A stretch of 64,000 nucleotides of DNA. It comes from an uncultured Acidobacteriota bacterium (GTDB taxonomy: Bacteria; Acidobacteriota; Thermoanaerobaculia; UBA5066; Gp7-AA6). Location of the stretch: positions 1 through 64,000 of the forward strand of contig CAVXTP010000007.1 in NCBI GenBank assembly GCA_963764715.1, in the 5' to 3' direction. A program made the translations under genes and the position numbers. Below the pieces are notes generated by a model, which saw only the letters and a program-made list of their open reading frames with translations, made no database searches and was not told the DNA's origin. Below are positions 52,076 to 61,350 of this stretch, in pieces (positions within the stretch are counted from its first letter, which is position 1; every line of letters starts with the position of its first letter).

Positions 52076-53281
52076 ATGTTCAACCGCGAAGTCTTCGGCA
52101 TGGCGCTCGACCGGTTCCGAAAGCACCCGGTCCAGACCTCGCTCACGCTCGCCGGCCTCGTCGTGGGAACCGCCGCGATCATCCTCGTCGTCAGCCTGGG
52201 GCTGACGGGGCGGCAGTACGTGCTGCGCCAGATCGAGGGCGTCGGCTCGCGGCTGGTCTGGGCGAACTACCGCGGCACGGTCAGCTCCGGCGTCTCGCGC
52301 ACCGCGGACGACTTCATGACGGACACGGACGTCAAGGCGATCGCCGCCCGCAACGACCTCTTTTCGGGCGTCACGGGGATCGTGACGCTCCGCGGCAACG
52401 TGACCGTCCAGTCGCAGTCGAAGACGCTGACGGTCCTCGGCGTCATGCCCAACTACGGGGAGGTCCGCAAGAACATGCGGATCCTGCGGGGCCGCTTCTT
52501 CGACGACGACGACGCGCTCGAGCGCGCCCGGGTCTGCGTCGTGAACCGGGCCCTCTACGACCAGCTCTTCGCCAACGACGAGTCGCCCGACAAGACGATC
52601 CGCACGCTCGGCACGACCTTCCAGGTCATCGGCGAGTTCGAGGAGCCGGTCGACACCCTCGGCCGCGGCGAGGTCGTGCCGGAGACGATCCTCATCCCGA
52701 TCACCGTGGCCTGGTACTACACGCCGACCCGCCAGCTGAAGACGCTCTTCGCCGAGACCCGGGACTTCGAGTCGCTGCCGGCCGGCGTCGAGGCGGTCCA
52801 GGAGATCCTGCGGGAGCGCCACCGCCCCGGGTCGGTCTACGAGGTCGAGAGCATGACGACGGTCGTGCGGCTGGCGCGCGCCATCTCGGTCGCGCTCATC
52901 GTCGTCTTCATCCTCGCGGCCGCGGTCTCGGTCGTCGTCGGCGGCGTCGGGATCATGAACATCCTGCTCGCCTCGGTCGAGCAGCGGACGCGGGAGATCG
53001 GCGTGCGGATGTCGGTCGGCGCGCGCCGGCGGGACATCCTGGGCCAGTTTCTCTTCGAGGCCCTCGCCCTCGGCGTGGCCGGGGCCTCGATCGGCGTGGC
53101 GATCGGCGTCGGGCTTCCGTACCTCTCGAGCCTGCTGATCAAGAACGTCGACATCCAGGTCTCGGTCCTCTCGGCCGTGCTCGCGTTTCTTTTTTCCTGT
53201 GCCGTGGCAGTCATTTTCGGCGCGGTACCGGCGTACCGCGCATCGAGCTTGAACCCGTCGGAGGCGCTTCACCATGAATAG
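52076..53281 (+). CDS. MacB/FtsX-family ABC permease
   Basis: VGGVGIMNILLASVEQRTREIGVRMSVGA and PAYRASSLNPSEAL motifs. Confidence 0.93.
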   Translation: MFNREVFGMALDRFRKHPVQTSLTLAGLVVGTAAIILVVSLGLTGRQYVLRQIEGVGSRLVWANYRGTVSSGVSRTADDFMTDTDVKAIAARNDLFSGVTGIVTLRGNVTVQSQSKTLTVLGVMPNYGEVRKNMRILRGRFFDDDDALERARVCVVNRALYDQLFANDESPDKTIRTLGTTFQVIGEFEEPVDTLGRGEVVPETILIPITVAWYYTPTRQLKTLFAETRDFESLPAGVEAVQEILRERHRPGSVYEVESMTTVVRLARAISVALIVVFILAAAVSVVVGGVGIMNILLASVEQRTREIGVRMSVGARRRDILGQFLFEALALGVAGASIGVAIGVGLPYLSSLLIKNVDIQVSVLSAVLAFLFSCAVAVIFGAVPAYRASSLNPSEALHHE

Positions 53282-54602
53282 TCGCTGGACCATTCGTTTC
53301 GCCCTGTTCGTTCTGTCGGCCCCGGCCGCGCTCCTCGCGCAGGCCGCCGGGCCGGAGCCGCTGACGCTGCGGCAAGCCGTCGAGCTGGCGCTGGAGCGGG
53401 CCCCGCAGCTCGCCTCGGTGCGGGCCGCGCACGAGGAAGGCGCGGCCTCGGCCGCCCTCGCCCGCGACGCCTTCCACCCCTCGGCGTACTTCGGGACGAC
53501 GCCCGGCTACACCTACGGCCTGCCGACGACGGTGGCGGGACAGGTGCCGGCGATCGCGTCCGTCGAGATCCGCCAGACGATCTACGACGCGAACCGGCGC
53601 TCCGTGGCTCTCCAGGCGCAGGCGACCGAGTCGGCCCTGGACGCCTCGCTCGCGCAGACCTGCCGGTCGACGATCGAGGCCGTCGTCGGCGCCTACGCCC
53701 GGTCGTTCCTCGACGGCGTGCAGGTCGAGGCCGCGCGCCGGCGCCTGGACGCCTCGGAGGCGATGGCCGGGCGCGTCACGGCGCTCGGCGAGGAGGGCCG
53801 GCGCACCCGGCTCGACGTCGAGCGCGCGACACTCGGCGCGGCGCGGGCCCGGCAGAAGCTCCTCAACGCGGAATCGGACCGGGACCTCTCCGAGCTCGAG
53901 CTCAAGCGCCTCATCGGCTGGCCCGGAAGCGCCCCGCTCCGCCTGGCGGGGGACCCCGACTCCGTCATTCCCGAGCTCCAGCAGACCGAGAACCTCAACG
54001 CCGCGCTGGCGGCGGACCCCGCGCTCAAGGCGCTCGGCCGCGAGGTCGAGCTCCTCGGCCAGTCGGCAAAGCTCGAGTCGAAGCGCTGGCTGCCGGTCAT
54101 CGAGGCGTCGGCGCACTATCAGCGGCTGGCGAAGTTCAACAACTACGACGACTACTACCTGTCGTTCACGCCCAACTCCGTGGCGGTCGGCGTGTCGGTC
54201 CTGCTCCCGCTCTGGACGGGCGGCCGCTTCGACGACGGACAGCGCAAGGCGCGCGCGCGGCTCGACCGCGCGGAGGCGGACCTGCGCGTTCGGCACGGCG
54301 ACGTCGCGATGGAGGTGAGCCGGGCCGAGGCCGCGGTGGCCCGCGCGACGGCGGAGAAGAGCCTCTCGCGGCGGGCCCGGGGCATCGCCGACCAGACCCG
54401 CTCGGCCGAAGAGATGCTGGTGCGCGAGGGCCGCAGCGAGCCGACCGACCTCGACGAGAGCGAGATCGCGCTGGCGGACTCGGACGAGGAGGCCGCACGC
54501 GCCAGCCTCGACTCGGTGCTCGAGCGGGTGCGGCTGCTTTCGCTGCGGGGAGAGCTCGGGACGGCGCTGCTCGGCGTCGAGCCCCCCTGCGCTGTTCCGT
54601 AG
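53274..54602 (+). CDS. TolC-family outer membrane protein
   Basis: LTLRQAVELALERAP, two OEP repeats, LPLWTGG motif. Confidence 0.88.
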   Translation: MNSRWTIRFALFVLSAPAALLAQAAGPEPLTLRQAVELALERAPQLASVRAAHEEGAASAALARDAFHPSAYFGTTPGYTYGLPTTVAGQVPAIASVEIRQTIYDANRRSVALQAQATESALDASLAQTCRSTIEAVVGAYARSFLDGVQVEAARRRLDASEAMAGRVTALGEEGRRTRLDVERATLGAARARQKLLNAESDRDLSELELKRLIGWPGSAPLRLAGDPDSVIPELQQTENLNAALAADPALKALGREVELLGQSAKLESKRWLPVIEASAHYQRLAKFNNYDDYYLSFTPNSVAVGVSVLLPLWTGGRFDDGQRKARARLDRAEADLRVRHGDVAMEVSRAEAAVARATAEKSLSRRARGIADQTRSAEEMLVREGRSEPTDLDESEIALADSDEEAARASLDSVLERVRLLSLRGELGTALLGVEPPCAVP

Positions 54603-54618
54603 GGGCGGCCGGGAGCCC

Positions 54619-55563
54619 CTAGCGCGTCTTCGCCGGCGTGGGCGCCGGCGTCACGGCCGCCGTCCGGTTGGCGGCGAGGAGCTTCGCGAGCACTTCGTCG
54701 TAGTACGGCTTCTCGCGCAGGCCCGCGTACTTGCCCGGGAAGTAGGCGACCGTCACGTCCGCGAGGCCCGCGGCGCCGTCGAAGGCATTCAACACGACGG
54801 CCAGGCGTTGATCGTGGGGCAGGCGGATGTTGTCGATCATCGGGAAGTCGAAGTACGCCAGCCAGAATTCGGTCGCCGTGGTGTCGGCCCGTCCGTTCTC
54901 CTCGGTCCGGACGGTGATCCGGAGCTGGAGCTGCTCGAGCTCGTTGTTGACGCCGAGCACCTCGAGCCGGAAGTTGCGGCGGATCCCGTCGACCTCGAGG
55001 TCCCGGGCGATGAAGGGGACCTCGCCCGTGCCGTCGGGGGACGGGAACGCGAGCGTCTTCGTGTTCACGGTCGCGTCGAAGGTCGCGCCGCCCTCCTCGA
55101 TGACGAGCATCTGCTTCTTGGCGACCTCCTCGGCGACGCGCGCGAGGCGCGCGAGGTATTCGCGGCGCTCCGGGCTCTGCCTCGCCTGCCGCTCGATGTG
55201 GAGAAAGAGCGGCTTGAGGTTCAGCGACTCGTGGAAGTTGTAGACGAGAAGCTCAAGGTTCAGGAGCTTCTGGTCGAGCGTCTGCGGCCCGGCTCCCAGA
55301 AAGGACGAGATGATCGAGGTGAACATGTCCTTGCGCAGCGCGCTCTCGGACTCCTCCCGCCGGCTGATCAGCTCCGAGTAGAGGCGGGCGTTGGTGTCGG
55401 CCGTCTGCATGCGCTCGCGCAGCTCCGCGTCCCGGTGCTCGCGCTCGCGCAGGTACGAGGACGTCCAGAAGCCGAGCACCGCCACGGCGAGGGCCGTGAG
55501 GAGCCCGCCGACCGGATGCAGCAGGATCCCGGCCTTGTCCCAGGCGTCGCGCTTCTCGGCCAT
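54619..55563 (-). CDS. Hypothetical protein with N-terminal TM
   Basis: Start MAEKRDAWDK coupled to the upstream stop (TAATG); typical codon usage. Confidence 0.7.
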   Translation of the reverse strand: MAEKRDAWDKAGILLHPVGGLLTALAVAVLGFWTSSYLREREHRDAELRERMQTADTNARLYSELISRREESESALRKDMFTSIISSFLGAGPQTLDQKLLNLELLVYNFHESLNLKPLFLHIERQARQSPERREYLARLARVAEEVAKKQMLVIEEGGATFDATVNTKTLAFPSPDGTGEVPFIARDLEVDGIRRNFRLEVLGVNNELEQLQLRITVRTEENGRADTTATEFWLAYFDFPMIDNIRLPHDQRLAVVLNAFDGAAGLADVTVAYFPGKYAGLREKPYYDEVLAKLLAANRTAAVTPAPTPAKTR

Positions 55564-55892
55564 TACTTCCGCGTGAGCGAGACCTTGCCCGCATGCTCCG
55601 TGACCGCGAGGTCGTAGCGGCTGGGCTTCTCGAAGACGGCGACGCCGAGCGAAGCCGTCCCGCCCTTGTAGTCGATCGAGAGCTTGCACTGCCCGCTCGC
55701 CGCGATCTTGAGGCTGTATCCGCCGAACTCGTCGGTCGAGGCCGTCGCCGTCGTGCCGGCGCAGTCGAGCTTCAGCGCGACCCCCCTGGCGATCGGCTTG
55801 CCGTTCTCGCTGACCGTGCCGTGGATCTCGGCCGCGGAAGCCCCGGCGGCCAGGGCCAACCCGAGGATCGCCATTCCCGCTCGTCTCATCAT
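55563..55892 (-). CDS. Small secreted beta-sandwich protein
   Basis: GGAGG RBS, signal peptide, IHGTV...TDEFGGYSL prealbumin-like pattern, Cys pair. Confidence 0.65.
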   Translation of the reverse strand: MMRRAGMAILGLALAAGASAAEIHGTVSENGKPIARGVALKLDCAGTTATASTDEFGGYSLKIAASGQCKLSIDYKGGTASLGVAVFEKPSRYDLAVTEHAGKVSLTRK

Positions 55893-56035
55893 CTTCCTGA
55901 CCTCCATTGCCGATTGGCTAACCCGAACCCGGCCGCAAGGCATTCCATTCGCATGGATCCGGTCGCCGGGGTGACCAGCCGCACACGCGGCCGACACCCG
56001 GGCGCGGGAGGCGGTGTGGGACAATCCGGCCAAAA

Positions 56036-58606
56036 ATGACCCGGCGTCTTCTGTCGCGCTTCCTCGCCGTCGCGGCCCTCGCCGCAGTCTATGTCGCGGC
56101 AGCGCGTCTCGGGCTCTCGCTGGCGTTTTTGCACCCCAGCGCGACACCGGTCTGGGCCCCGACCGGCATCGCCCTGGCGGCCCTGCTGATCCTCGGGTAC
56201 GACCTCTGGCCGGGGGTCTTCATCGGCGCCCTGGCGGCGAACTTGTGGACGTCCGGCGCGCTCGCGCCTTCCCTCGGGATCGCCGTGGGCAACACCCTCG
56301 AGGCCGTCGTCGGCGTCTGGCTCGTCCATCGCTTCGCCGGCGGGCGCCACGCCTTCGAACGGCCGCGGGACATCTTCCGCTTCGCCTGGCTCGCCGCGGG
56401 AGCGGCCACCGCGTTGAGCGCCACGCTCGGGACGGCGAGCCTGTGCCTCGGGGGCCTCGCGCCGTGGTCGAACTTCGGGCCGATCTGGCTGACCTGGTGG
56501 CTGGGCGACGGCTCGGGCGCCCTGCTCGTGACGCCGGTCCTGCTGACGTGGACGCTGCGCAACCACCCCCGCGAGTCGGGCGAGCGGCTCGAGGCGGGCG
56601 TACTCCTTCTCGGCGTGGTCCTGGTCGGGCTAATCGTCTTCGGCGGGTTCATCCCGACGCCCTCCTCGACCCGGGACCTTCCGCTCGAGTTCCTGTGCCT
56701 TCCGCTCCTCGTCACGATCGCGTTCCGCATGGGAGTCCGCGAGTCCGCCCTCGCCAACCTTCTTCTCGCCGTCGTGGCGATCACCTGCACGCTGCGCGGG
56801 ACGGGCCCGTTCCACCGGCCCGACTACAACGAGTCGCTCCTGCTGCTCCAGGCGTTTTCGGGGGTCGTGGCGCTGACGACGGCGGCGCTCGCCGCGGTCG
56901 TGTCCGAGCGGCGGCGCGTGACGCAGTTCGCGGCCGTGCTCGAGTCGGCCGTCGACAGCGCGGTCGAAGGCGTCGTCATCCTCTCGGGCGGCGCCTCGCC
57001 CTCGCGGCCGCGCATCACGTTCGCCAACGGCGGGTTCCTGCGGATGACGGGCCTCGCGCGGACCGACGTCCTCGGGAAGACCCTCGACGTCGTGAGCGTG
57101 GCGCCGGGCGAGGCCCTGGGGGACGCGAGGCGGGCCTTCGCGGTCGGCGAGGCGTTCCAGCGCGAGCTCGTCGTCAAGCGCGCCGACGGCACCGAGCTCG
57201 CCGTGGAGCTCCAGCTCATGCCGGTCCGGGGCCGGAAGGCCGGCTCGATCTCCTGGATCGCCATCCTGCGCGACGTCAGCGAGCGCCGCCAGCACGTCGC
57301 GGCGCTCGAGCACCAGGCCCTCCACGACTCCCTGACGGGCCTGCCGAACCGGCTCCTTCTCCAGGACCGGCTCGAGCAGATGCTGCGCGGGTCGCGGCGC
57401 GAAGGCGGCTCGCTCGCCGTCCTGTTGATCGACCTCGACGGCTTCAAGGAGATCAACGATTCCTACGGGCACTCCGTGGGCGACGTCGTGCTCGCGCAGG
57501 TCGGGCCGAGGCTGCGCGGCGTCCTGCGCTCGGTCGACACGATCGCTCGATTCGGCGGGGACGAGTTCGTCGTGCTGCTCCCGGCCTCCGGCGGGCGGGC
57601 CGACGCCGGACGCATGGCCGCGAAGATCCTCGAGACCCTCGAAGCGCCCTTCGTCGTCGACGAGCACACGCTCGAGATCTCGGCGTCGATCGGCATCGCG
57701 CTGTCCCCCGAGAACGGGACCGACGGGGCGATGCTGCTGCGGGCGGCCGACGTCGCGATGTACGGCGCCAAGCGCTCGAGCAACGGATATGCGGTCTACT
57801 CGGCGAAGGAGGACGTCTTCTCCCGGAGCCGCCTCGCCCTCCTCGAGGAGCTGCGCCACGGCCTCCAGGCCGGCGAGTTCTTCCTCGTCTACCAGCCCGA
57901 GGTCGACCTGCGGACGGGACGCCTCGAGCGCGCCGAGGCCCTCGTGCGGTGGCGGCACCCCGAGCGGGGCCTCATCCTGCCGGACGAGTTCATCTCCGGG
58001 GCGGAGCGGATCGGCCTGATCCGCGAGCTGACGGACTGGGTCCTCGAGACGAGCCTGAGGCAGTGCGCCGAGTGGAAGGCGGCGGGCGCGGTCGTTCCGA
58101 TCGCCGTCAACGCGTCCGTGCGGATCCTCCGCGACAGCGGGCTCGCCGAGCGCGTCCGCCGGATCCTCGAGCGGCTGCGCCTGGACCCGAAGCTCCTGAC
58201 GTTCGAGATCACCGAGAGCGTCACGGCCGAGCCGCTGCACGCCCTGTCGACGCTGGCGGAGCTGCGCGAGGCCGGCGTGCGGCTGGCGATCGACGACTTC
58301 GGCGTCGGTTCGCTCTCCCTCCGCACGCTCAAGCAGCTCCCGGTCGACGAGATCAAGATCGACCGCTCGTTCGTCACGGGAATGGACACGCAGGAGGCCA
58401 ACGCGGCCGTCGTCCGCTCCGTGATCGACCTCGCGCACCACCTCGGGTGCCGGGCCGTCGCCGAAGGCGTCGAGAGCCCGCGGGAGTGGGACCGCCTGGC
58501 CACGATGGGTTGCGATCTCGTCCAGGGCCACTTCGTCAGCCCGCCGCTCGAGGCCGGCGAGGTGGTGCGCTGGATGGCCGAGCCCCACCCGCTCGCCCGC
58601 CGCTGA
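56036..58606 (+). CDS. MASE1-PAS-GGDEF-EAL c-di-GMP signalling protein
   Basis: MASE1 TM region (WAPTGIALA, WWLGD), HDSLTGLPNR, GGDEF, EALVRW and DDFG motifs. Confidence 0.95.
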   Translation: MTRRLLSRFLAVAALAAVYVAAARLGLSLAFLHPSATPVWAPTGIALAALLILGYDLWPGVFIGALAANLWTSGALAPSLGIAVGNTLEAVVGVWLVHRFAGGRHAFERPRDIFRFAWLAAGAATALSATLGTASLCLGGLAPWSNFGPIWLTWWLGDGSGALLVTPVLLTWTLRNHPRESGERLEAGVLLLGVVLVGLIVFGGFIPTPSSTRDLPLEFLCLPLLVTIAFRMGVRESALANLLLAVVAITCTLRGTGPFHRPDYNESLLLLQAFSGVVALTTAALAAVVSERRRVTQFAAVLESAVDSAVEGVVILSGGASPSRPRITFANGGFLRMTGLARTDVLGKTLDVVSVAPGEALGDARRAFAVGEAFQRELVVKRADGTELAVELQLMPVRGRKAGSISWIAILRDVSERRQHVAALEHQALHDSLTGLPNRLLLQDRLEQMLRGSRREGGSLAVLLIDLDGFKEINDSYGHSVGDVVLAQVGPRLRGVLRSVDTIARFGGDEFVVLLPASGGRADAGRMAAKILETLEAPFVVDEHTLEISASIGIALSPENGTDGAMLLRAADVAMYGAKRSSNGYAVYSAKEDVFSRSRLALLEELRHGLQAGEFFLVYQPEVDLRTGRLERAEALVRWRHPERGLILPDEFISGAERIGLIRELTDWVLETSLRQCAEWKAAGAVVPIAVNASVRILRDSGLAERVRRILERLRLDPKLLTFEITESVTAEPLHALSTLAELREAGVRLAIDDFGVGSLSLRTLKQLPVDEIKIDRSFVTGMDTQEANAAVVRSVIDLAHHLGCRAVAEGVESPREWDRLATMGCDLVQGHFVSPPLEAGEVVRWMAEPHPLARR

Positions 58607-58682
58607 GACTTTACGAGGCCTTCACGCCCTCCTCGGCCGCGCCGGGCAAGCTCGCGCTCCACCCGAAACGAGGAGCGCGAGG

Positions 58683-58880
58683 ATGCGAAACACCCGATCC
58701 ATGGAATGGACCTGCCCGAAGTGCCGCACGCGCAACGCCCGCCCGATCCCGGGCAACACGCCCGAGGGAAAGCTCATCGCCGTGCGGTGCGACTCCTGCG
58801 GGGCTGCGTACTACGCCACCGCCGTCGTGCGCGCGCAGCCCGGCGCGCCGCCGGCGGTCTACGGGGTGACCTGGGTGTGA
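58683..58880 (+). CDS. Small zinc-ribbon protein
   Basis: CPKC...CDSC; start may be 58701. Confidence 0.6.
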   Translation: MRNTRSMEWTCPKCRTRNARPIPGNTPEGKLIAVRCDSCGAAYYATAVVRAQPGAPPAVYGVTWV

Positions 58881-58913
58881 CCTCGAACGATGGCGGCCAG
58901 CGCGCGGCGATTC

Positions 58914-61112
58914 CTACTGCAGGTTGAAGGTCTTCGTGAGGAATACGGCCATCTGCCCGCGGGTGGCGGCGTTGGTCGGGCAATAGGCTCCGCCGCCGCA
59001 ACCTCCGGTGATGAACCGGGCGACGAGCTCGTTGATCCACGCTGCAAAGGGGTTGGAGCACGGCACGTCGAAGAAGAGCGGGTTGTTGCAGACTGGGGGC
59101 GTGTAGCCGGGAGCCTCGAAGGCCTTGATCAGAAACACGGCCATCTGCTGTCGCAGGACGGGGTCGGTGGGGCAGAACGTCGTACCGCCGCCGCAGCCGC
59201 CGGTGACGCCCTCGGTCACGAGCTCGTAGATCCAGGGGGCGAAGCCGGAGGAGCAGGGCACGTCGGTGAAGGTCGCGGAGGTGCAGGGCGGAGGGGTGTA
59301 GCAGAGGCCGTGCTTGGCCTTCATCAGGAAAACGGCCATCTGCTGGCGAAGTGTCGGATTGTCGACGCCGTAGAGGCCGCTGCCCACGCCCGCGGTGATG
59401 TTGTTGGAGACGAGGGCCGTGACGAAGGAATAGAACTGGTGCCCGCCCGGCACGTCCAGGAAGTCGGCCACCCAGCCCCTGGTGATCGTCCCCGTGGTGC
59501 CGCTCGGGGTCGTGACCACGACGTCGTGAGACGTTCCGGGATCGAAGGCGGGCATCGTGGCGTTCAGCGTATGGTCGTCCGTGAAGGTGACGGTGACCGG
59601 TGTGCCGCCCACAGTGACGGTCGTCGGATCGGCGAAGTCGGTGCCCGAGATCGTGGCTGCCGTGCCACCGGCGGCCGGTCCCGAGGGCGGGTCGATCGAG
59701 AAGGCGATTCGCTGCGAGAACTCCGAGGTGTTGCCGGCGGGGTCGGTGGCCGTAGCCGAAATCCGAGCACCGGGTTCCGTTTCGACGGAAAGCGTGACGT
59801 CGATGGACGCATTGCCGCTTCCGTCCGTGGTGACCTGCGACGAGCCGAGGTAGGTCTCGCCCTCGAGAAACTCGCGTGGGAAGTCCGGGCACGCCGGGTT
59901 GGCGTAGAAGTCCAGGTCGAAGGTCGTCGATGGCGCGCTGTTGAGCTTTCCGAGGATCCGCGTACTCGCGGCGCCGACCAGCCCGTTGTGCTCGACGGAC
60001 AGGATGAGCGGAAAGTTCTGACCGTGGTTGGGGCCTTCGTCCGCGTCGAGCGGGTCGTTGAAATAGAGCCCAGGGTCGAAAATGATCCCGAACGTACCGT
60101 TGTCGTGAATGGAGTTGCCCCGGATTTGATTATCGACGGCCGACCCGGCGCTCAAGTAGACGCCGGAGCCTCCGTTGTAGGCGATGACGTTGGCCTCGCC
60201 GGGTGACGTGCCGCCGACGATGACGCCGGAACCTAAGGTGTCGATGCCCGTCCCGTTGCCGAGGGGCCCGGTGCCGGCGGCGTTGGTGCCGATGAGGTTG
60301 CCTTGAATGATCCAGGTGGAGAGGTTGAAGTGGAGCGCGATCCCGCTGCCGCCGTTTCCGGAGATGACGTTGCCCTCCCCGGCCGCGCTTCCGCCGACAG
60401 TGGCCCCGGCGCCGGGGATGAAGGGTGCAGAGATGATGCCCTGCCCGTTCCCGAGAGACTTCGTTCCAGTGAGATCCGTGCCGACGAGGTTGCCCTGAAT
60501 GGTCACGCCGGAGCTCGCCACTGCGATTCCGGCGATGTTGCCGGAGATCAGGTTGCGATCCGCGGGCGCGGTCCCGCCGATCACGGTGGTCAGGTCCGTT
60601 CCGGCGTAATAGATGCCCGTGACGTTCTCATACGCGTAGGTTTCGCCCGGGACCGGTCCGATGAAGTTCCCCCTCACGAACGCGCCGGGACCGTTCAGCT
60701 CGATGCCTCTCCCCCAACGGATGAACGCGAGACCGCGGATCGTCGTCCCGCCGGCAGAGGCTCCGACAGAGAGCCCGTTGTCATTGATGCCGGGGATGCC
60801 GTCGAGCAGGATCGTGAGCACGGCGTTCGTAGCAATCGGGTCCGTATTGACGCTCGAGCCGGGTTGCGTGTAGCCGTCGATCGTCACCCCATCGGTGATC
60901 TGCGGAAGGTCCGTCGCCGGCGTGATCGTCTGAACGCCGCCGCCCGGGATGTTGAAGGCGATCGTGTCCGCGCCCGCGTTCGCGTTGGCGTCCAGGATCG
61001 CCTGGCGAAGCGATCCGGCGCCCGAGTCGTTGGTATTGGTGACCGTGAATGTGGCTGCCGCCAGGGACGAAGCCGCGAGGAGAGACAGGAACGCGAGTCG
61101 GAATGGCCGCAT
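58914..61112 (-). CDS. Secreted beta-helix (CSLREA-like) + IPT/TIG + SLH-like repeat protein
   Basis: VTNTNDSGAGSLRQAI, IQGNLIGT repeats, GNTSEFS, SLH-like module; AGGAGG RBS before ATG 61112. Confidence 0.85.
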   Translation of the reverse strand: MRPFRLAFLSLLAASSLAAATFTVTNTNDSGAGSLRQAILDANANAGADTIAFNIPGGGVQTITPATDLPQITDGVTIDGYTQPGSSVNTDPIATNAVLTILLDGIPGINDNGLSVGASAGGTTIRGLAFIRWGRGIELNGPGAFVRGNFIGPVPGETYAYENVTGIYYAGTDLTTVIGGTAPADRNLISGNIAGIAVASSGVTIQGNLVGTDLTGTKSLGNGQGIISAPFIPGAGATVGGSAAGEGNVISGNGGSGIALHFNLSTWIIQGNLIGTNAAGTGPLGNGTGIDTLGSGVIVGGTSPGEANVIAYNGGSGVYLSAGSAVDNQIRGNSIHDNGTFGIIFDPGLYFNDPLDADEGPNHGQNFPLILSVEHNGLVGAASTRILGKLNSAPSTTFDLDFYANPACPDFPREFLEGETYLGSSQVTTDGSGNASIDVTLSVETEPGARISATATDPAGNTSEFSQRIAFSIDPPSGPAAGGTAATISGTDFADPTTVTVGGTPVTVTFTDDHTLNATMPAFDPGTSHDVVVTTPSGTTGTITRGWVADFLDVPGGHQFYSFVTALVSNNITAGVGSGLYGVDNPTLRQQMAVFLMKAKHGLCYTPPPCTSATFTDVPCSSGFAPWIYELVTEGVTGGCGGGTTFCPTDPVLRQQMAVFLIKAFEAPGYTPPVCNNPLFFDVPCSNPFAAWINELVARFITGGCGGGAYCPTNAATRGQMAVFLTKTFNLQ

Positions 61113-61350
61113 AGAACCTCCTGTCGCCATGGAAGTGACCTCTACACAACACGCGCGGAGGCCCCGGCGCAGGGATCATTCCCTCGGCCGGTCTCCGCAA
61201 GGCCCGGCCGGGGCGAGATGGAAAAGCAGTCGGGACAGGAGGTTACGGTGCTCCTCCAGGGCGGGCCGCCGGCGACCGTGGGGCGCCTGAATTCCGCGAG
61301 ACACGCGGGAGCACGGCGGACGGTGGAGGACGGGCGGCTAAGGGAGAGTT

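Noticed and set aside
61130-61350. Structured RNA in this intergenic region (also 63330-63515)
   Set aside because: Only generic GC-rich stems; no family consensus recognised.
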